DNA of 38,262 bases from a bacterium (GTDB taxonomy: Bacteria > Patescibacteriota > Microgenomatia > Levybacterales > UBA12049): contig JAJYEF010000003.1 of the NCBI GenBank assembly GCA_021785915.1, positions 1 to 38,262 on the forward strand, given 5' to 3'. Position 1 is the stretch's first letter; every line of letters starts with the position of its first letter. This document shows, in pieces, positions 18,506-28,405 of this stretch. Position numbers and translations under genes: made by a program. The notes beneath the pieces are model-generated. The model saw only the letters and a list, made by a program, of their open reading frames with translations, ran no database searches and was not told the origin of the DNA.

Positions 18506-18534
18506 ATTTTACTTTATTTTGGGCGTGTTTTCAA
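18506..18534 (-). promoter_or_regulatory. promoter TTGAAA-17-TAAAAT, 7 nt before rpmF ATG
   Basis: Minus strand: TTGAAA acacgcccaaaataaag TAAAAT actcttt ATG. Confidence 0.7.
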
Positions 18535-18540
18535 TACTTT

Positions 18541-20550
18541 TTAATCGGGGGAAACATCTTTTGAGCTTAAGTTATTCACTTTTTCTAAAAGGGCGGGATA
18601 TTTGTTAATATTATCGAGTATTTTTTGGGCCTCGATTCTTGTTTTTTCAATCAGTTCGAAATCAGAAAAGCTTGCAACCTTAAGCCTCGGAATTCCGTGT
18701 TGGACTGTTCCGTAAATTTGTCCCGGTCCCCTAAGTTTTAAGTCAAGTTCTGCCAATTCAGCTCCGGAGTAAATTGTTTCAAGGGCTTTTAACCTCTTTA
18801 GGGTAACGTCATTTTTGCTTTGGGTAAATAATAAACAGTAGGATTGCTTGTCCGATCTTCCTACTCTACCGCGCAACTGGTGAAGTTGTGAAAGACCGAA
18901 CCTTTCCGCCTCCTCTATTAGCATTATCGTTGCATTTGGAATATCTATTCCTACTTCTACAACCGGGGTTGAGACCAAAATGTCGATTTGTCCGCGTTTA
19001 AACTTGTCTAAAATTTCATCTTTTTCCCCGGTTTTTAACTTTCCATGTAAAAGCCCGAGGCGCAATGTCGGAAAAATCTGGGTTTTAAGTCTTTCAAATT
19101 CTTTGGTTGCGGCTTTTACGGAAATCATATTTTCAGACTCTTCTATAAATGGGCATACAATAAATGCCTGCTCTTTATTTTTAATAACATTTTGTTTAAT
19201 CCAGTCATATGCCCCGTCACGTTTTACGGGTGGGACAAGCCAAGTCTTAACCTGTTTTCTTCCCGTAGGCATGTCCTTTAATATGGAAAGGTCCAAATCG
19301 CCGTACATTGTGAGGGCTACGGTCCTTGGTATGGGCGTTGCGGTCATTGTAAGTAGGTGAGGATTATCGCCTTTCCCTCTTATTTTTGCTCTCTGCTCTA
19401 CTCCAAAGCGCTGCTGTTCGTCAATTACAATGAGGCCAAGGTTGTCAAAAGTAACCTTATCATAAACAAGGGCGTGAGTTCCAACAATTACGTCAAACTT
19501 GCCAGTTTTACTTTTGCTAGTGCCCGTAGCAAGAGCCACTTGTAATCCGAAAGGAGAAAGAAAATCTTTTATTGTATTAAAGTGCTGGTTTGCAAGAATT
19601 TCCGTAGGCGCCATAAATGCAGATTGAAAGCCGTTTAGGAAAACCGCATAAATTGCGATACATGCAACGACAGTTTTTCCGCTCCCAACGTCTCCTTCCA
19701 AAAGTCTGTTCATGGGGTTTTCCGAAGACAAATTTTCTAGTATTTGTTTGTAAGCCTCTACCTGGGAATTTGTGAGAGCGAAAGGCAAGGACCTTATAAA
19801 TCCATCTATTTTTTGTGTATCTATTTTCATTGGGGTTTTTATAACTTTTTTTTGCCAAGATTTTTTTCTAATAAGAGATGCAAGTTGCATTTCAAAAAGC
19901 TCGTCGAATGAAAGCCTTTCTCGTGCATTCGTTGCCTGATCCAAATTATCGGGAAAATGCACTTTCTCGAACGCCTCACCAAGAGGCATGAGTTTATTCT
20001 CTTTTATTAAATCCTCTGGAAGATACTCCCTAATTTGGTCTTTTTCTTCCAGAAGCTTAAAAACTTGTCTTCTAAGCCATTTTGAGGAAATGCCCTTTGT
20101 TTCGGGATATACAGGCACCAGTCTTCCTGTGTGTATTGCTTTTCCGCCGTATACTACTTCGTAATCCGGGGATATCATCTGCGGTTTCCCTCTTTCTGAT
20201 TCTACAGTTCCCGAAAGTGAAACTGTGTCGCCTTGCTTTATTATTTTTGTTAGAAACGGTTGGTTAAACCATAAAATGTTTATGTTGCCCGTCTTGTCCG
20301 ACACTAATGCGCGTTCAAGCATCTTATGCCCTCTTGTATAGACGTTTTTTATGCTTTCGACCTTACCGCGTACGGTAACAGTTTCCCCGGCCTGTATTTT
20401 TCCTATGTCCGAAATAAGGGAATAATCCTCGTACCTAAAAGGGATATGGTACAAAAAATCCTCGAGTTTATAAATCCCGAGGTTTTCAAGCCTCCGTGCG
20501 TACATTTTATAAGCCCTGGAAGCTTTAATTACCGGTGTTTGTAAGTTCAT
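18541..20550 (-). CDS. recG: ATP-dependent DNA helicase RecG
   Basis: MNRLLEGDVGSGKT, DEQQRFG, MTATPIPRT, QLHQLRGRVGR; ATG 20550 preferred start. Confidence 0.97.
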   Translation of the reverse strand: MNLQTPVIKASRAYKMYARRLENLGIYKLEDFLYHIPFRYEDYSLISDIGKIQAGETVTVRGKVESIKNVYTRGHKMLERALVSDKTGNINILWFNQPFLTKIIKQGDTVSLSGTVESERGKPQMISPDYEVVYGGKAIHTGRLVPVYPETKGISSKWLRRQVFKLLEEKDQIREYLPEDLIKENKLMPLGEAFEKVHFPDNLDQATNARERLSFDELFEMQLASLIRKKSWQKKVIKTPMKIDTQKIDGFIRSLPFALTNSQVEAYKQILENLSSENPMNRLLEGDVGSGKTVVACIAIYAVFLNGFQSAFMAPTEILANQHFNTIKDFLSPFGLQVALATGTSKSKTGKFDVIVGTHALVYDKVTFDNLGLIVIDEQQRFGVEQRAKIRGKGDNPHLLTMTATPIPRTVALTMYGDLDLSILKDMPTGRKQVKTWLVPPVKRDGAYDWIKQNVIKNKEQAFIVCPFIEESENMISVKAATKEFERLKTQIFPTLRLGLLHGKLKTGEKDEILDKFKRGQIDILVSTPVVEVGIDIPNATIMLIEEAERFGLSQLHQLRGRVGRSDKQSYCLLFTQSKNDVTLKRLKALETIYSGAELAELDLKLRGPGQIYGTVQHGIPRLKVASFSDFELIEKTRIEAQKILDNINKYPALLEKVNNLSSKDVSPD

Positions 20551-20554
20551 AAAA

Positions 20555-20662
20555 TTATTGCGGAGGCGGCAAGAAGGCAAGTACCGACGTTGCTATTAAG
20601 GCAAGTGATGCAACTATTACAATAATTTTCCAAATCCAAGACTTTTTCCTTAATTGTTCCAT
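20555..20662 (-). CDS. unannotated 35-aa single-pass membrane protein MEQLRKKSWIWKIIVIVASLALIATSVLAFLPPPQ
   Basis: Translated by hand; fills the tyrS-recG gap; TAAAAT 6 nt before ATG; stop 4 nt before recG ATG. Confidence 0.7.
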   Translation of the reverse strand: MEQLRKKSWIWKIIVIVASLALIATSVLAFLPPPQ

Positions 20663-20674
20663 AGCGTTATTTTA

Positions 20675-21856
20675 TTACTTTGATACGATTTTGACAACTC
20701 TCCTTTTGCCTATTTTTAGAAGCTTTTCTTTGTTTAAGTTAATAATTTCGTTTGGGCTTTTTATTTTTTCTCCATCAATTGTGATTCCTCCCTGTTCTAT
20801 CAGTCGCTTTGATTCGGAAGCGCTGAGGTTTTCGGGCAGATGGATTAAAATATCAATAATTTTCATATCTTTAATATCAAAAGTGTAAAGCTTTACTTCT
20901 TTCGGGAGTTCACCCTTTTGCACATTCCTTTCAAAAGCATCTTTTGCCTTCAAAGCAGAGTTTTCACTATGAAGTTCTCTTACAATTTCAAAAGCTAGTT
21001 CTTTTTTAATGTCCATCGGGTTTTCATTTTTCAACTTTTCCTCATAATCTCTGATTTTTTGTGTTTCTATATTTGTCGCAAGAGTAAAATAGGTAATTAT
21101 CAGTTCGTCTTTTACAGCCATGACTTTTGCAAAAATATCCTCAGGATTATCGTCAAGCCAAATCGCGTTTCCCCAGGATTTGCTCATTTTGCGGCCGTCG
21201 GGTCCCTCAAGAATCGGCGCGGTTAAGACAAATGAATCCTTTTTCTTTATGTCTTTTATAAGGGTGCGTCCCGCTTGCATGTTAAACGTCTGGTCCGTCC
21301 CTCCTATCTGAAGATCGGTATCAAGCATAAGGCTGTCGTATCCCTGCATAACAGGATACAGGAGTTCATGAAGCCCTACCCTCTTATTTTCGCTTAAGCG
21401 CTTTTTTATCAGCTCTCTTCCTATGAAGTCACCTGCTGAAAAATGTTGCATCAGCTTTATAATTTCCTCGAAATTTAACGGTTTGAGCCATTCACTGTTA
21501 TACCTTATTTTTACAAGTGAAAAATCGAGTATTTTTTCGGCCTGGGTTTTATAGGTTTTAAAATTCTCTTCTATTTCTGCAGTTGTAAGAGCCGGCCTTT
21601 CTGCCTCTTTGTCCGAAGTATCTCCGATTAGGGCGGTAAAATCGCCAATTAAAAATGTTACGTTATGGCCTTTTTTTGCGAATTGCTGCAATTTTCTTAA
21701 GGGGACTGCATGTCCGAGGTGGATTTTTGTCGATGTAGGGTCAATTCCGAAATAGATGTTGAGTTTTAGTCCGTTATCAAGTTTTCCTTTGAGTGCGTTT
21801 TTTCCGGGGATAATGTTTGCAACACCCCGCGTAAGGATTTCTTCGAACTCATTCAT
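20675..21856 (-). CDS. tyrS: tyrosine--tRNA ligase
   Basis: GIDPT...HLGH, YPVMQGYD, GGTDQTFN, KMSKS, C-terminal S4-like domain. Confidence 0.97.
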   Translation of the reverse strand: MNEFEEILTRGVANIIPGKNALKGKLDNGLKLNIYFGIDPTSTKIHLGHAVPLRKLQQFAKKGHNVTFLIGDFTALIGDTSDKEAERPALTTAEIEENFKTYKTQAEKILDFSLVKIRYNSEWLKPLNFEEIIKLMQHFSAGDFIGRELIKKRLSENKRVGLHELLYPVMQGYDSLMLDTDLQIGGTDQTFNMQAGRTLIKDIKKKDSFVLTAPILEGPDGRKMSKSWGNAIWLDDNPEDIFAKVMAVKDELIITYFTLATNIETQKIRDYEEKLKNENPMDIKKELAFEIVRELHSENSALKAKDAFERNVQKGELPKEVKLYTFDIKDMKIIDILIHLPENLSASESKRLIEQGGITIDGEKIKSPNEIINLNKEKLLKIGKRRVVKIVSK

Positions 21857-21928
21857 ATTTCCAAGTATAGCAGTTAAGCTCTTTATTTTAAATAAGTTTT
21901 GGAATTTGCTATACTGTATTGACTTACT

Positions 21929-24358
21929 ATGCTAGATTATGTAAGAAGTTCCCGAAGGAGAAGTAAATACTTCACAATAACACTTCCGGCCTTTTTTAAC
22001 CGTTTTAAGTTAATCAGAAGAATTCAGAATACTCCAAGGATAGTTTTATATGGGACACTTGCAAAACTTGCGTTTTTCGGACTTATTGTCTTTATTGCTT
22101 TAGGGGTTTTCCTTTTTATTTGGTATAGCAGAGATTTGCCAGCCCCCGGAAAGCTTATTGCGGCCCAGGCAAACCAGGCAAGTGGCATATATGACAGGAA
22201 TGGAGTACTTTTATATTCCGTATATCAAAATGAAAACAGAACATATGTAAATTTAAATAATATTCCCAAATACTTACAGGAAGGAACAATTGCAGTTGAG
22301 GATAAGAATTTTTACACTAACCCGGGTTTTTCGGTTACGGGGTATATTAGGGCCGCTATTAACATCGCGCTTTTGCGAGGCTTGCAAGGAGGTTCAACCC
22401 TAACTCAGCAGCTTGTTAAAAATGTCCTTCTAACTTCGGCGCCTACGATCCAAAGGAAAATAAAAGAATTGATACTGTCGATTCAGGTCGACAGAAAATA
22501 TACAAAAAACCAGATACTGGAAATGTATCTTAACGACGTGCCTTACGGAGGGACAGCGGTGGGCGTACAGGCGGCTGCACAACTTTATTTTAATAAGGAC
22601 GTAAAAGATTTGGACCTTGCGCAGTGCGCTTTTATTTCCGGGCTTCCCCAGAGCCCAACGACCTATTCGCCCTACAGTGGGAATAAGTATTATATAGCAA
22701 GGACCCAGGAGGTATTAAGCGCAATGGAAGCGCAGGGTTATATTACCCAGAAACAGGAGACAGATGCCTATAACGAAGTAAAAACCATGCAGTTTTCACC
22801 CGGCAATACGAGCATTAAGGCTCCGCATTTTGTTTTCTACGTAAAGCAGCAGCTTATTAATCAGTTTGGCGCCCAGGCTGTTGAGAACGGCGGCTTAAGG
22901 GTAAAAACAACCCTTGACTACAATATCGAACAGAAGGCCGAACAAATTGTAAAAGCAGAGGTTGCTAAAGACAAAAACGCCTTCCATCTTACTAACGCCG
23001 CCGCTATGGTTACCGATCCAAAAACGGGACAGATCATGGCAATGGTTGGAAGCGAGGACTATTTTGACACGAATAACGACGGTAATTTTAACGCCGCGCT
23101 TGCCTACAGGCAACCCGGCTCTTCTTTAAAGCCGATAACTTATGCGATGGGACTTACAAAAGGGTATACGGCTTCAACGCTTCTAATGGATACGCAAACA
23201 GACTTTAAACCCGATGCCGGTGCGCCTGACTACATACCGGTAAATTATGACCATAAGTACAGGGGACCTGTTCAGGTAAGGTTTGCGCTTGCAAATTCCA
23301 TAAATGTACCTGCGGTCAAGATGCTCGCGATGGTGGGCATAAAAAACGTGATGCAACAAGCTTATGACATGGGAATAGAAAATTGGCAGCCGACTCAGGC
23401 AAATCTTCAAAGCGTTGGATATTCTTTGGTTTTAGGCGGACGCGCCGTAAGGCTCATTGACGAGATGCAAGTGTATGGGGATTTTGCAAACGAGGGGCTT
23501 AAACAACCGCTTGTATCCATACTTGAAGTCGATGATTCTAAAGGAAACGTTTTATATAAATATAATCCTCCGCAGCCGCAAAGGGTCTTGCCTGCAGACG
23601 TAAGTTTTATTATTTCGCACATTCTTTTGGATAATAATGCAAGAGCAATGGAATTCGGAACAAATTCCCGGCTTGTTATTGCCGGACATCCGGACGTGTC
23701 AGTTAAAACAGGAACCACAAACGATATAAGAGACAACTGGACAATAGGATATACCCCGTCCTATGTCGTAGGAGTTTGGGTAGGAAATAATGACAACAGC
23801 CCTATGAGCAATGTTGCATCCGGAATAACGGGGGCTGCTCCTATTTGGAACCAGATCATGAGTTACATTTTAAAGGGAAAGCCCGACGAACCACCCAAAA
23901 AACCTAATGACGTTATCGCAATGCAGATTGACGCTTATGGCGGGGGGCTTCCTGTTCCGGGAGAACCTACGAGAAGCGAATATTTTATACAGGGGACGCA
24001 ACCGACTAGCCCGTCTCCGATTTATGCTAAGATAAAAATTTCCACACACCAGCCCGATAAACTTGCTAACCAGGCAGAAATTGACCATGGCGACTATACC
24101 GTTAAAGATTTTATAGTTTTTAAGGAAAACGATCCTATTTCAACAGACGGAGTTAACAGGTGGCAGGAAGGAATAGACGCGTGGGTAAAGCAGACCTATT
24201 CGGCGGCAGATCCGCAGTATTATCCGCCGACTCAAACATCCGATTACTCCTATGGAAATTCATCAAGCAGCACTCCGACCCTGACGCCTACGCCTTCAAC
24301 CGGTGTTACTCCTACGCCAACCCCGACCCCTTTGCCTACGCCAACACCGACCCCGTAG
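21929..24358 (+). CDS. class A penicillin-binding protein (transglycosylase/transpeptidase) with (Thr-Pro)n tail
   Basis: EDKNFY, QGGSTLTQQLVKN, RKIKE, ILEMYLN; SxxK (GSSLKP), SxN (NSINV), KTGT. Confidence 0.95.
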   Translation: MLDYVRSSRRRSKYFTITLPAFFNRFKLIRRIQNTPRIVLYGTLAKLAFFGLIVFIALGVFLFIWYSRDLPAPGKLIAAQANQASGIYDRNGVLLYSVYQNENRTYVNLNNIPKYLQEGTIAVEDKNFYTNPGFSVTGYIRAAINIALLRGLQGGSTLTQQLVKNVLLTSAPTIQRKIKELILSIQVDRKYTKNQILEMYLNDVPYGGTAVGVQAAAQLYFNKDVKDLDLAQCAFISGLPQSPTTYSPYSGNKYYIARTQEVLSAMEAQGYITQKQETDAYNEVKTMQFSPGNTSIKAPHFVFYVKQQLINQFGAQAVENGGLRVKTTLDYNIEQKAEQIVKAEVAKDKNAFHLTNAAAMVTDPKTGQIMAMVGSEDYFDTNNDGNFNAALAYRQPGSSLKPITYAMGLTKGYTASTLLMDTQTDFKPDAGAPDYIPVNYDHKYRGPVQVRFALANSINVPAVKMLAMVGIKNVMQQAYDMGIENWQPTQANLQSVGYSLVLGGRAVRLIDEMQVYGDFANEGLKQPLVSILEVDDSKGNVLYKYNPPQPQRVLPADVSFIISHILLDNNARAMEFGTNSRLVIAGHPDVSVKTGTTNDIRDNWTIGYTPSYVVGVWVGNNDNSPMSNVASGITGAAPIWNQIMSYILKGKPDEPPKKPNDVIAMQIDAYGGGLPVPGEPTRSEYFIQGTQPTSPSPIYAKIKISTHQPDKLANQAEIDHGDYTVKDFIVFKENDPISTDGVNRWQEGIDAWVKQTYSAADPQYYPPTQTSDYSYGNSSSSTPTLTPTPSTGVTPTPTPTPLPTPTPTP

Positions 24359-24360
24359 TC

Positions 24361-26307
24361 CTATTTAAAAGAAGCACTAAATTTGCGCTTTAATGAGGAA
24401 ACAATTTTTTCTCTTATTTTTGCTGTTTCTTCTTTTGTGAGGTTTTTCTCAAAATCCTGGTAAATGATGTGGAACGTTTTGGTATTTTCGTACGTGTCTT
24501 TAAGGCTTGCCTCAACAATAAGATGACTTTGAGCTTTTATTTCGTCTATCAGCTCTTCGGTGTTTGTTTCTTTTTCCACCACTACCGACAGGTCTTCGGT
24601 TATGGGAGGATATTTTGCGAACACTTTCATTTCCTTTTTAAGAGTTGCGCGCCTTAAAATTATTTCAAAGTTTAATTCGAAGTCTATAAGATTAGTATCT
24701 AAAACTTCTATTTCTCCCAGATAGTCATCTTCGATATAAACGGATGCCCCTATTCCTCCCTTTCTCGGGTTTTTAAATTTTGTTTCTTTAATTCCGAGGT
24801 CATGTAAAAGCTGTTCGATAACACCTTTTATTTCGAAAAAATTAATTTTTTCTTTTTTTACCACTCCGGATAATGTCAGTACTTCGTCCGGAAGACCCCG
24901 TTTGGTCTTAAAATAAACGTTTGCGATTTCAAAAATTTTTACCTTGTCGTATGTTTTGTTATCGCTTACTGCTTTAAGAAGGCTTGGAATAAGAGTATTG
25001 CGCATATAGATAAAATCCATGGTCAGAGGATTTTGTATGGTAATTGCTTCGTCTAGGGGGCCTTCATACATTTCTTCGGAAACGAAAGAATAAGTGTAGA
25101 CTTCGGTAAATCCCCAGTATTTAAGCGCTTGTTTTGTTCTTTCTTCCCAGTAAAATTCGTCGTCAAACCTGTGAGGGACTACCTCTTGCTGAGGCGGGAG
25201 CACATCCGGTAAATTATGATATCCGTATATTCGCGCAATCTCCTCTATTATGTCCTCTTCTATCTCTATATCTCCGGTTCTGAATGTCGGGACTTTTGCA
25301 ATTATTTGATTCCGTTCTATCCTTGCTTCAAAGCCAAGGTCCGTAAGACAATTTAACGCTTTATCCGGACTTATTTTTACGCCAATAACCTTGTTTATTT
25401 TTTCAAAGCTAACGTTAACTACTTTTTCCTCCACTTTATTGGGATAAATATCGATTATATCTGAAATTATCATGCCGTCTGCGATTTCTTCGTAAAGTTT
25501 TATGCCGTAAACCAACGCATCAAATGCCAAATTTGGATCAAGTGCCTTTTCATTTAGAACTGCCGCATCGGTTCTAATGCCCAAAGACATGGATGCTTTT
25601 CTGATTCTTAATTTATCGTTATTGTCGATAAAAAACAGAATTTTTTTGGTGTCCTTGGTCACAACACTATTTTGCAGACCCATTATTCCCAATAGATCTA
25701 CTATTTCTCCCCTGTCATTTACGGCCACAATTTCGCCGCCGTTTAAAATATGTTGTTTCTCATCCAGAGTTTTTATAATTTCCCCTTTTCTCCCCTCCCT
25801 AATAATGAGGGTTTTTGTATTGAGTCTATCTAAGTCAAACACGTGGGTTGGGTGTCCTAATACTTTCATGACATAATTTGTAACGTCTATAACGTTATTC
25901 AGGCCTCTTACGCCAGATGTTTCAAGCCTATCCTTTACCAAATTCGGAGATTGCTTTACCTTTACCTCCATTGCCACGGCACAAATTCTGTTTACAAGTT
26001 TAGGGTCGTTTTTTATTTCGACCAAGTTTTCCTTAGGAGTTTGGGGTGCTATAAATTTGGGTTTTGAGAATAACGCTTTAATGTTGTTATTTTTAAGGAC
26101 CGCTGCAGTTTCTCTTGCAAGTCCCAAAATACTCATTAAATCGGGCCTATTGGTTGTAACTTCTATGTCGTATACAAAATCATTTCCTTTTTTTTCTATA
26201 CCTTCTACCGAAACGCTTGAAAGCGATAAAAGTCTTCCTATCTCCTGCGCAGAAGCGTCTGTTTTTACGTATTCTTTGAGCCAACTGTCGAGCAATTTAA
26301 AATTCAT
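24361..26307 (-). CDS. pheT: phenylalanine--tRNA ligase beta subunit (no B2 OB domain)
   Basis: EVTTNRPDLMS, NNVIDVTNYVM, DIIEEIARIYGY, NPL...MRNTLIPSLL; 648 aa. Confidence 0.95.
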   Translation of the reverse strand: MNFKLLDSWLKEYVKTDASAQEIGRLLSLSSVSVEGIEKKGNDFVYDIEVTTNRPDLMSILGLARETAAVLKNNNIKALFSKPKFIAPQTPKENLVEIKNDPKLVNRICAVAMEVKVKQSPNLVKDRLETSGVRGLNNVIDVTNYVMKVLGHPTHVFDLDRLNTKTLIIREGRKGEIIKTLDEKQHILNGGEIVAVNDRGEIVDLLGIMGLQNSVVTKDTKKILFFIDNNDKLRIRKASMSLGIRTDAAVLNEKALDPNLAFDALVYGIKLYEEIADGMIISDIIDIYPNKVEEKVVNVSFEKINKVIGVKISPDKALNCLTDLGFEARIERNQIIAKVPTFRTGDIEIEEDIIEEIARIYGYHNLPDVLPPQQEVVPHRFDDEFYWEERTKQALKYWGFTEVYTYSFVSEEMYEGPLDEAITIQNPLTMDFIYMRNTLIPSLLKAVSDNKTYDKVKIFEIANVYFKTKRGLPDEVLTLSGVVKKEKINFFEIKGVIEQLLHDLGIKETKFKNPRKGGIGASVYIEDDYLGEIEVLDTNLIDFELNFEIILRRATLKKEMKVFAKYPPITEDLSVVVEKETNTEELIDEIKAQSHLIVEASLKDTYENTKTFHIIYQDFEKNLTKEETAKIREKIVSSLKRKFSASFK

Positions 26308-26308
26308 G

Positions 26309-27343
26309 TCAAAACTGTTCCAAAAAGTCCAAATTATTGGAATAAAGGATTCTTAAATCTTCTATTTTTAGTCCTTCCTTCATCATCATACAGCGCTCCG
26401 GACCGAAGCCGAATGCAAATCCCGAATATTCGTTCGGGTCAATTTTTCCGGCACGAAGTACGTTTGGATGAACCATTCCGGCGCCTCCTAATTCAAGCCA
26501 CCCTGCTTTGCAAACCTTGCAGCCTTTTCCGTTGCATACCCCGCATGAAACGTCGACTTCGAAAGATGGCTCGGTAAACTGGAAATGGTAAGGTCTTATT
26601 CGTGATTTTCTGTCCTTGCCGAAAAAAGATCTAACAAAATAATCCAAAGTTCCTTTCAGGTGGGTAATGGCGATATCTTTATCTACAACGAGTCCTTCGA
26701 ACTGGTGAAACATCGGAACGTGGGAAATATCCGACTGCCGTCTGTATGTTTTCGCGATATTTAACATCCTTATAGGTGGTTTTTTTCTCTCCATTTCGCG
26801 TATTTGCCCGGATGATGTGTGCGGAGTAAGAAGCATTGCGCCGTACTTCTCATGTGGGCTCTCCTTTATAAAAAATGTCTCCCACTCGTCTCTTGCGGGA
26901 TGATTTTGGGGAAAATTTAATGCTCCAAAAGAATACCAATCCCACTCAACTTCAGGATACCTTACTCTTTCAAAGCCGATTTTTGAAAAAATTGCCGAAA
27001 TTTCTTCAATTGCCTGGGTAACCAGATGAAGATGTCCCAAGGGCGGTTTTACCGAAGGATTTGTAACGTCTATCCTCTCAAAAATTATTTGTTTTCTTTT
27101 TTTTGATAAAATTTTCTCCTGTTCATTTAGGGCTTCTTCTATAGTCTGTTTTACTTCATTTGCGAGAATCCCTATCTCCTTTCTTTCTTCAACCGGAACT
27201 TTTGTAATTTCCTTTATTGCAAGAGTCAATTGTCCGCTTCTTCCCAAAAATTGGAGTTTTATCTCCTCCAACATTTTATCGTCCTTGGCATCCAAAATAA
27301 GCGATAATGCGGCATTTTTAATGCTCAATAAGTTTTCTTCCAT
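26309..27343 (-). CDS. pheS: phenylalanine--tRNA ligase alpha subunit
   Basis: HPARDEWETF, HTSSGQIR, FHQFEGL, FQFTEPS, WLELGGAGMVHP, GFAFGFG; ATG 27343 preferred. Confidence 0.97.
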   Translation of the reverse strand: MEENLLSIKNAALSLILDAKDDKMLEEIKLQFLGRSGQLTLAIKEITKVPVEERKEIGILANEVKQTIEEALNEQEKILSKKRKQIIFERIDVTNPSVKPPLGHLHLVTQAIEEISAIFSKIGFERVRYPEVEWDWYSFGALNFPQNHPARDEWETFFIKESPHEKYGAMLLTPHTSSGQIREMERKKPPIRMLNIAKTYRRQSDISHVPMFHQFEGLVVDKDIAITHLKGTLDYFVRSFFGKDRKSRIRPYHFQFTEPSFEVDVSCGVCNGKGCKVCKAGWLELGGAGMVHPNVLRAGKIDPNEYSGFAFGFGPERCMMMKEGLKIEDLRILYSNNLDFLEQF

Positions 27344-27384
27344 ATTCAAAGGATACCAGATTTAAGGCTATTTTTCACTAGGGG

Positions 27385-27840
27385 TTATTTTGATATTCTA
27401 TCAATTGCGTAAGTTGTTTTCTTTCCCTGAGTAATGATTTCTACAAAACTGTTTAATTTTTTATTTAACAAATTTTTGCCCAACGGTGATTTATATGATA
27501 TTTTTCCATCGTTCGGGTTTGCTTCATACTCGCCTGTAATTGTGAATACTCTTTTTTTACCGTTTTGTTCAAGAGTTACTTTGCTTCCGATTTGGATGAT
27601 ACTATTGCCCGACGGATTATAGATTTTGGCGTATTTTAACAAATAATTTAAATGTCTAATTTGCCTGTCAATATCCGAAAGTTCGAATCTGGCAGCTTTA
27701 TAGAGTCCATTTTCGGATAAATCGCCCATTTCCCTAGCCCTTGTCAGCGTTTTAACCGCCTCCGGTCTTTTGGAATTAAGCAACAAAAGCTTTTTCTTAA
27801 GCGTTTCGTATCCTTTTTTAGTAAAGGGGATATCTTTCAT
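27385..27840 (-). CDS. greA: GreA/GreB family transcription elongation factor
   Basis: AREMGDLSENGLY; ISYKSPLGKNLL. Confidence 0.9.
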   Translation of the reverse strand: MKDIPFTKKGYETLKKKLLLLNSKRPEAVKTLTRAREMGDLSENGLYKAARFELSDIDRQIRHLNYLLKYAKIYNPSGNSIIQIGSKVTLEQNGKKRVFTITGEYEANPNDGKISYKSPLGKNLLNKKLNSFVEIITQGKKTTYAIDRISK

Positions 27841-27852
27841 GAGGTTTACAAA

Positions 27853-28203
27853 TTATTCCGCTTTAACCCGTTTTACAATTTCCGAAAAAGTTTCCGGGTC
27901 GTTTAATACAAGGTCTGCCAAAATCTTTCTGTCGAGTTCTATTTTTGATTTCTTCAAGGCCCCCATTAATTTGCTATACGATGTGCCCTCTTTTTTAGCC
28001 GCTTCCGAAATCCTGATATTCCAAAGGCTCCTAAAGTCCCTTTTCCTTAGTTTTCTTCCATGGTATGCATATGCACCTGCGTGAAGCGACGCTTCTTTCG
28101 CAGTTTTGATAAGCCTCCCCTTCGTTCCTCTGTAGCCTTTCGTAAGCTTTGCGAGCTTGTTATGTTTTCTTCTTGAAACTGTCCCTCTTTTTACTCTTGC
28201 CAT
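27853..28203 (-). CDS. rplT: 50S ribosomal protein L20
   Basis: MARVKRG; KRDFRSLWNIRI; LDRKILADL. Confidence 0.97.
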   Translation of the reverse strand: MARVKRGTVSRRKHNKLAKLTKGYRGTKGRLIKTAKEASLHAGAYAYHGRKLRKRDFRSLWNIRISEAAKKEGTSYSKLMGALKKSKIELDRKILADLVLNDPETFSEIVKRVKAE

Positions 28204-28207
28204 AATA

Positions 28208-28405
28208 TTAACCTTCCCCCAACATTTTCTTTACTTTTTTTGCAAACTTACCCTTAAGAACGCCAGGTTCTTTCTGTCTTCTTATCCTTGACCTTCTTTT
28301 ATTAAGTTTTTTATGGCTACCATATTGGTGGCCAAACATTACTTTTCCCGTTTTGGTAACTTTGAATCTTTTAGCTACCGATTTTTTGATTTTCTTCTTT
28401 GCCAT
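28208..28405 (-). CDS. rpmI: 50S ribosomal protein L35
   Basis: KSVAKRFKVTKTGKV; infC-rpmI-rplT order. Confidence 0.93.
   Translation of the reverse strand: MAKKKIKKSVAKRFKVTKTGKVMFGHQYGSHKKLNKRRSRIRRQKEPGVLKGKFAKKVKKMLGEG

Noticed and set aside
26309-26311. Alternative genetic code (TGA = Gly, code 25)
   Set aside because: TGA terminates pheS, pilM and others at the expected lengths, and long ORFs are intact under code 11
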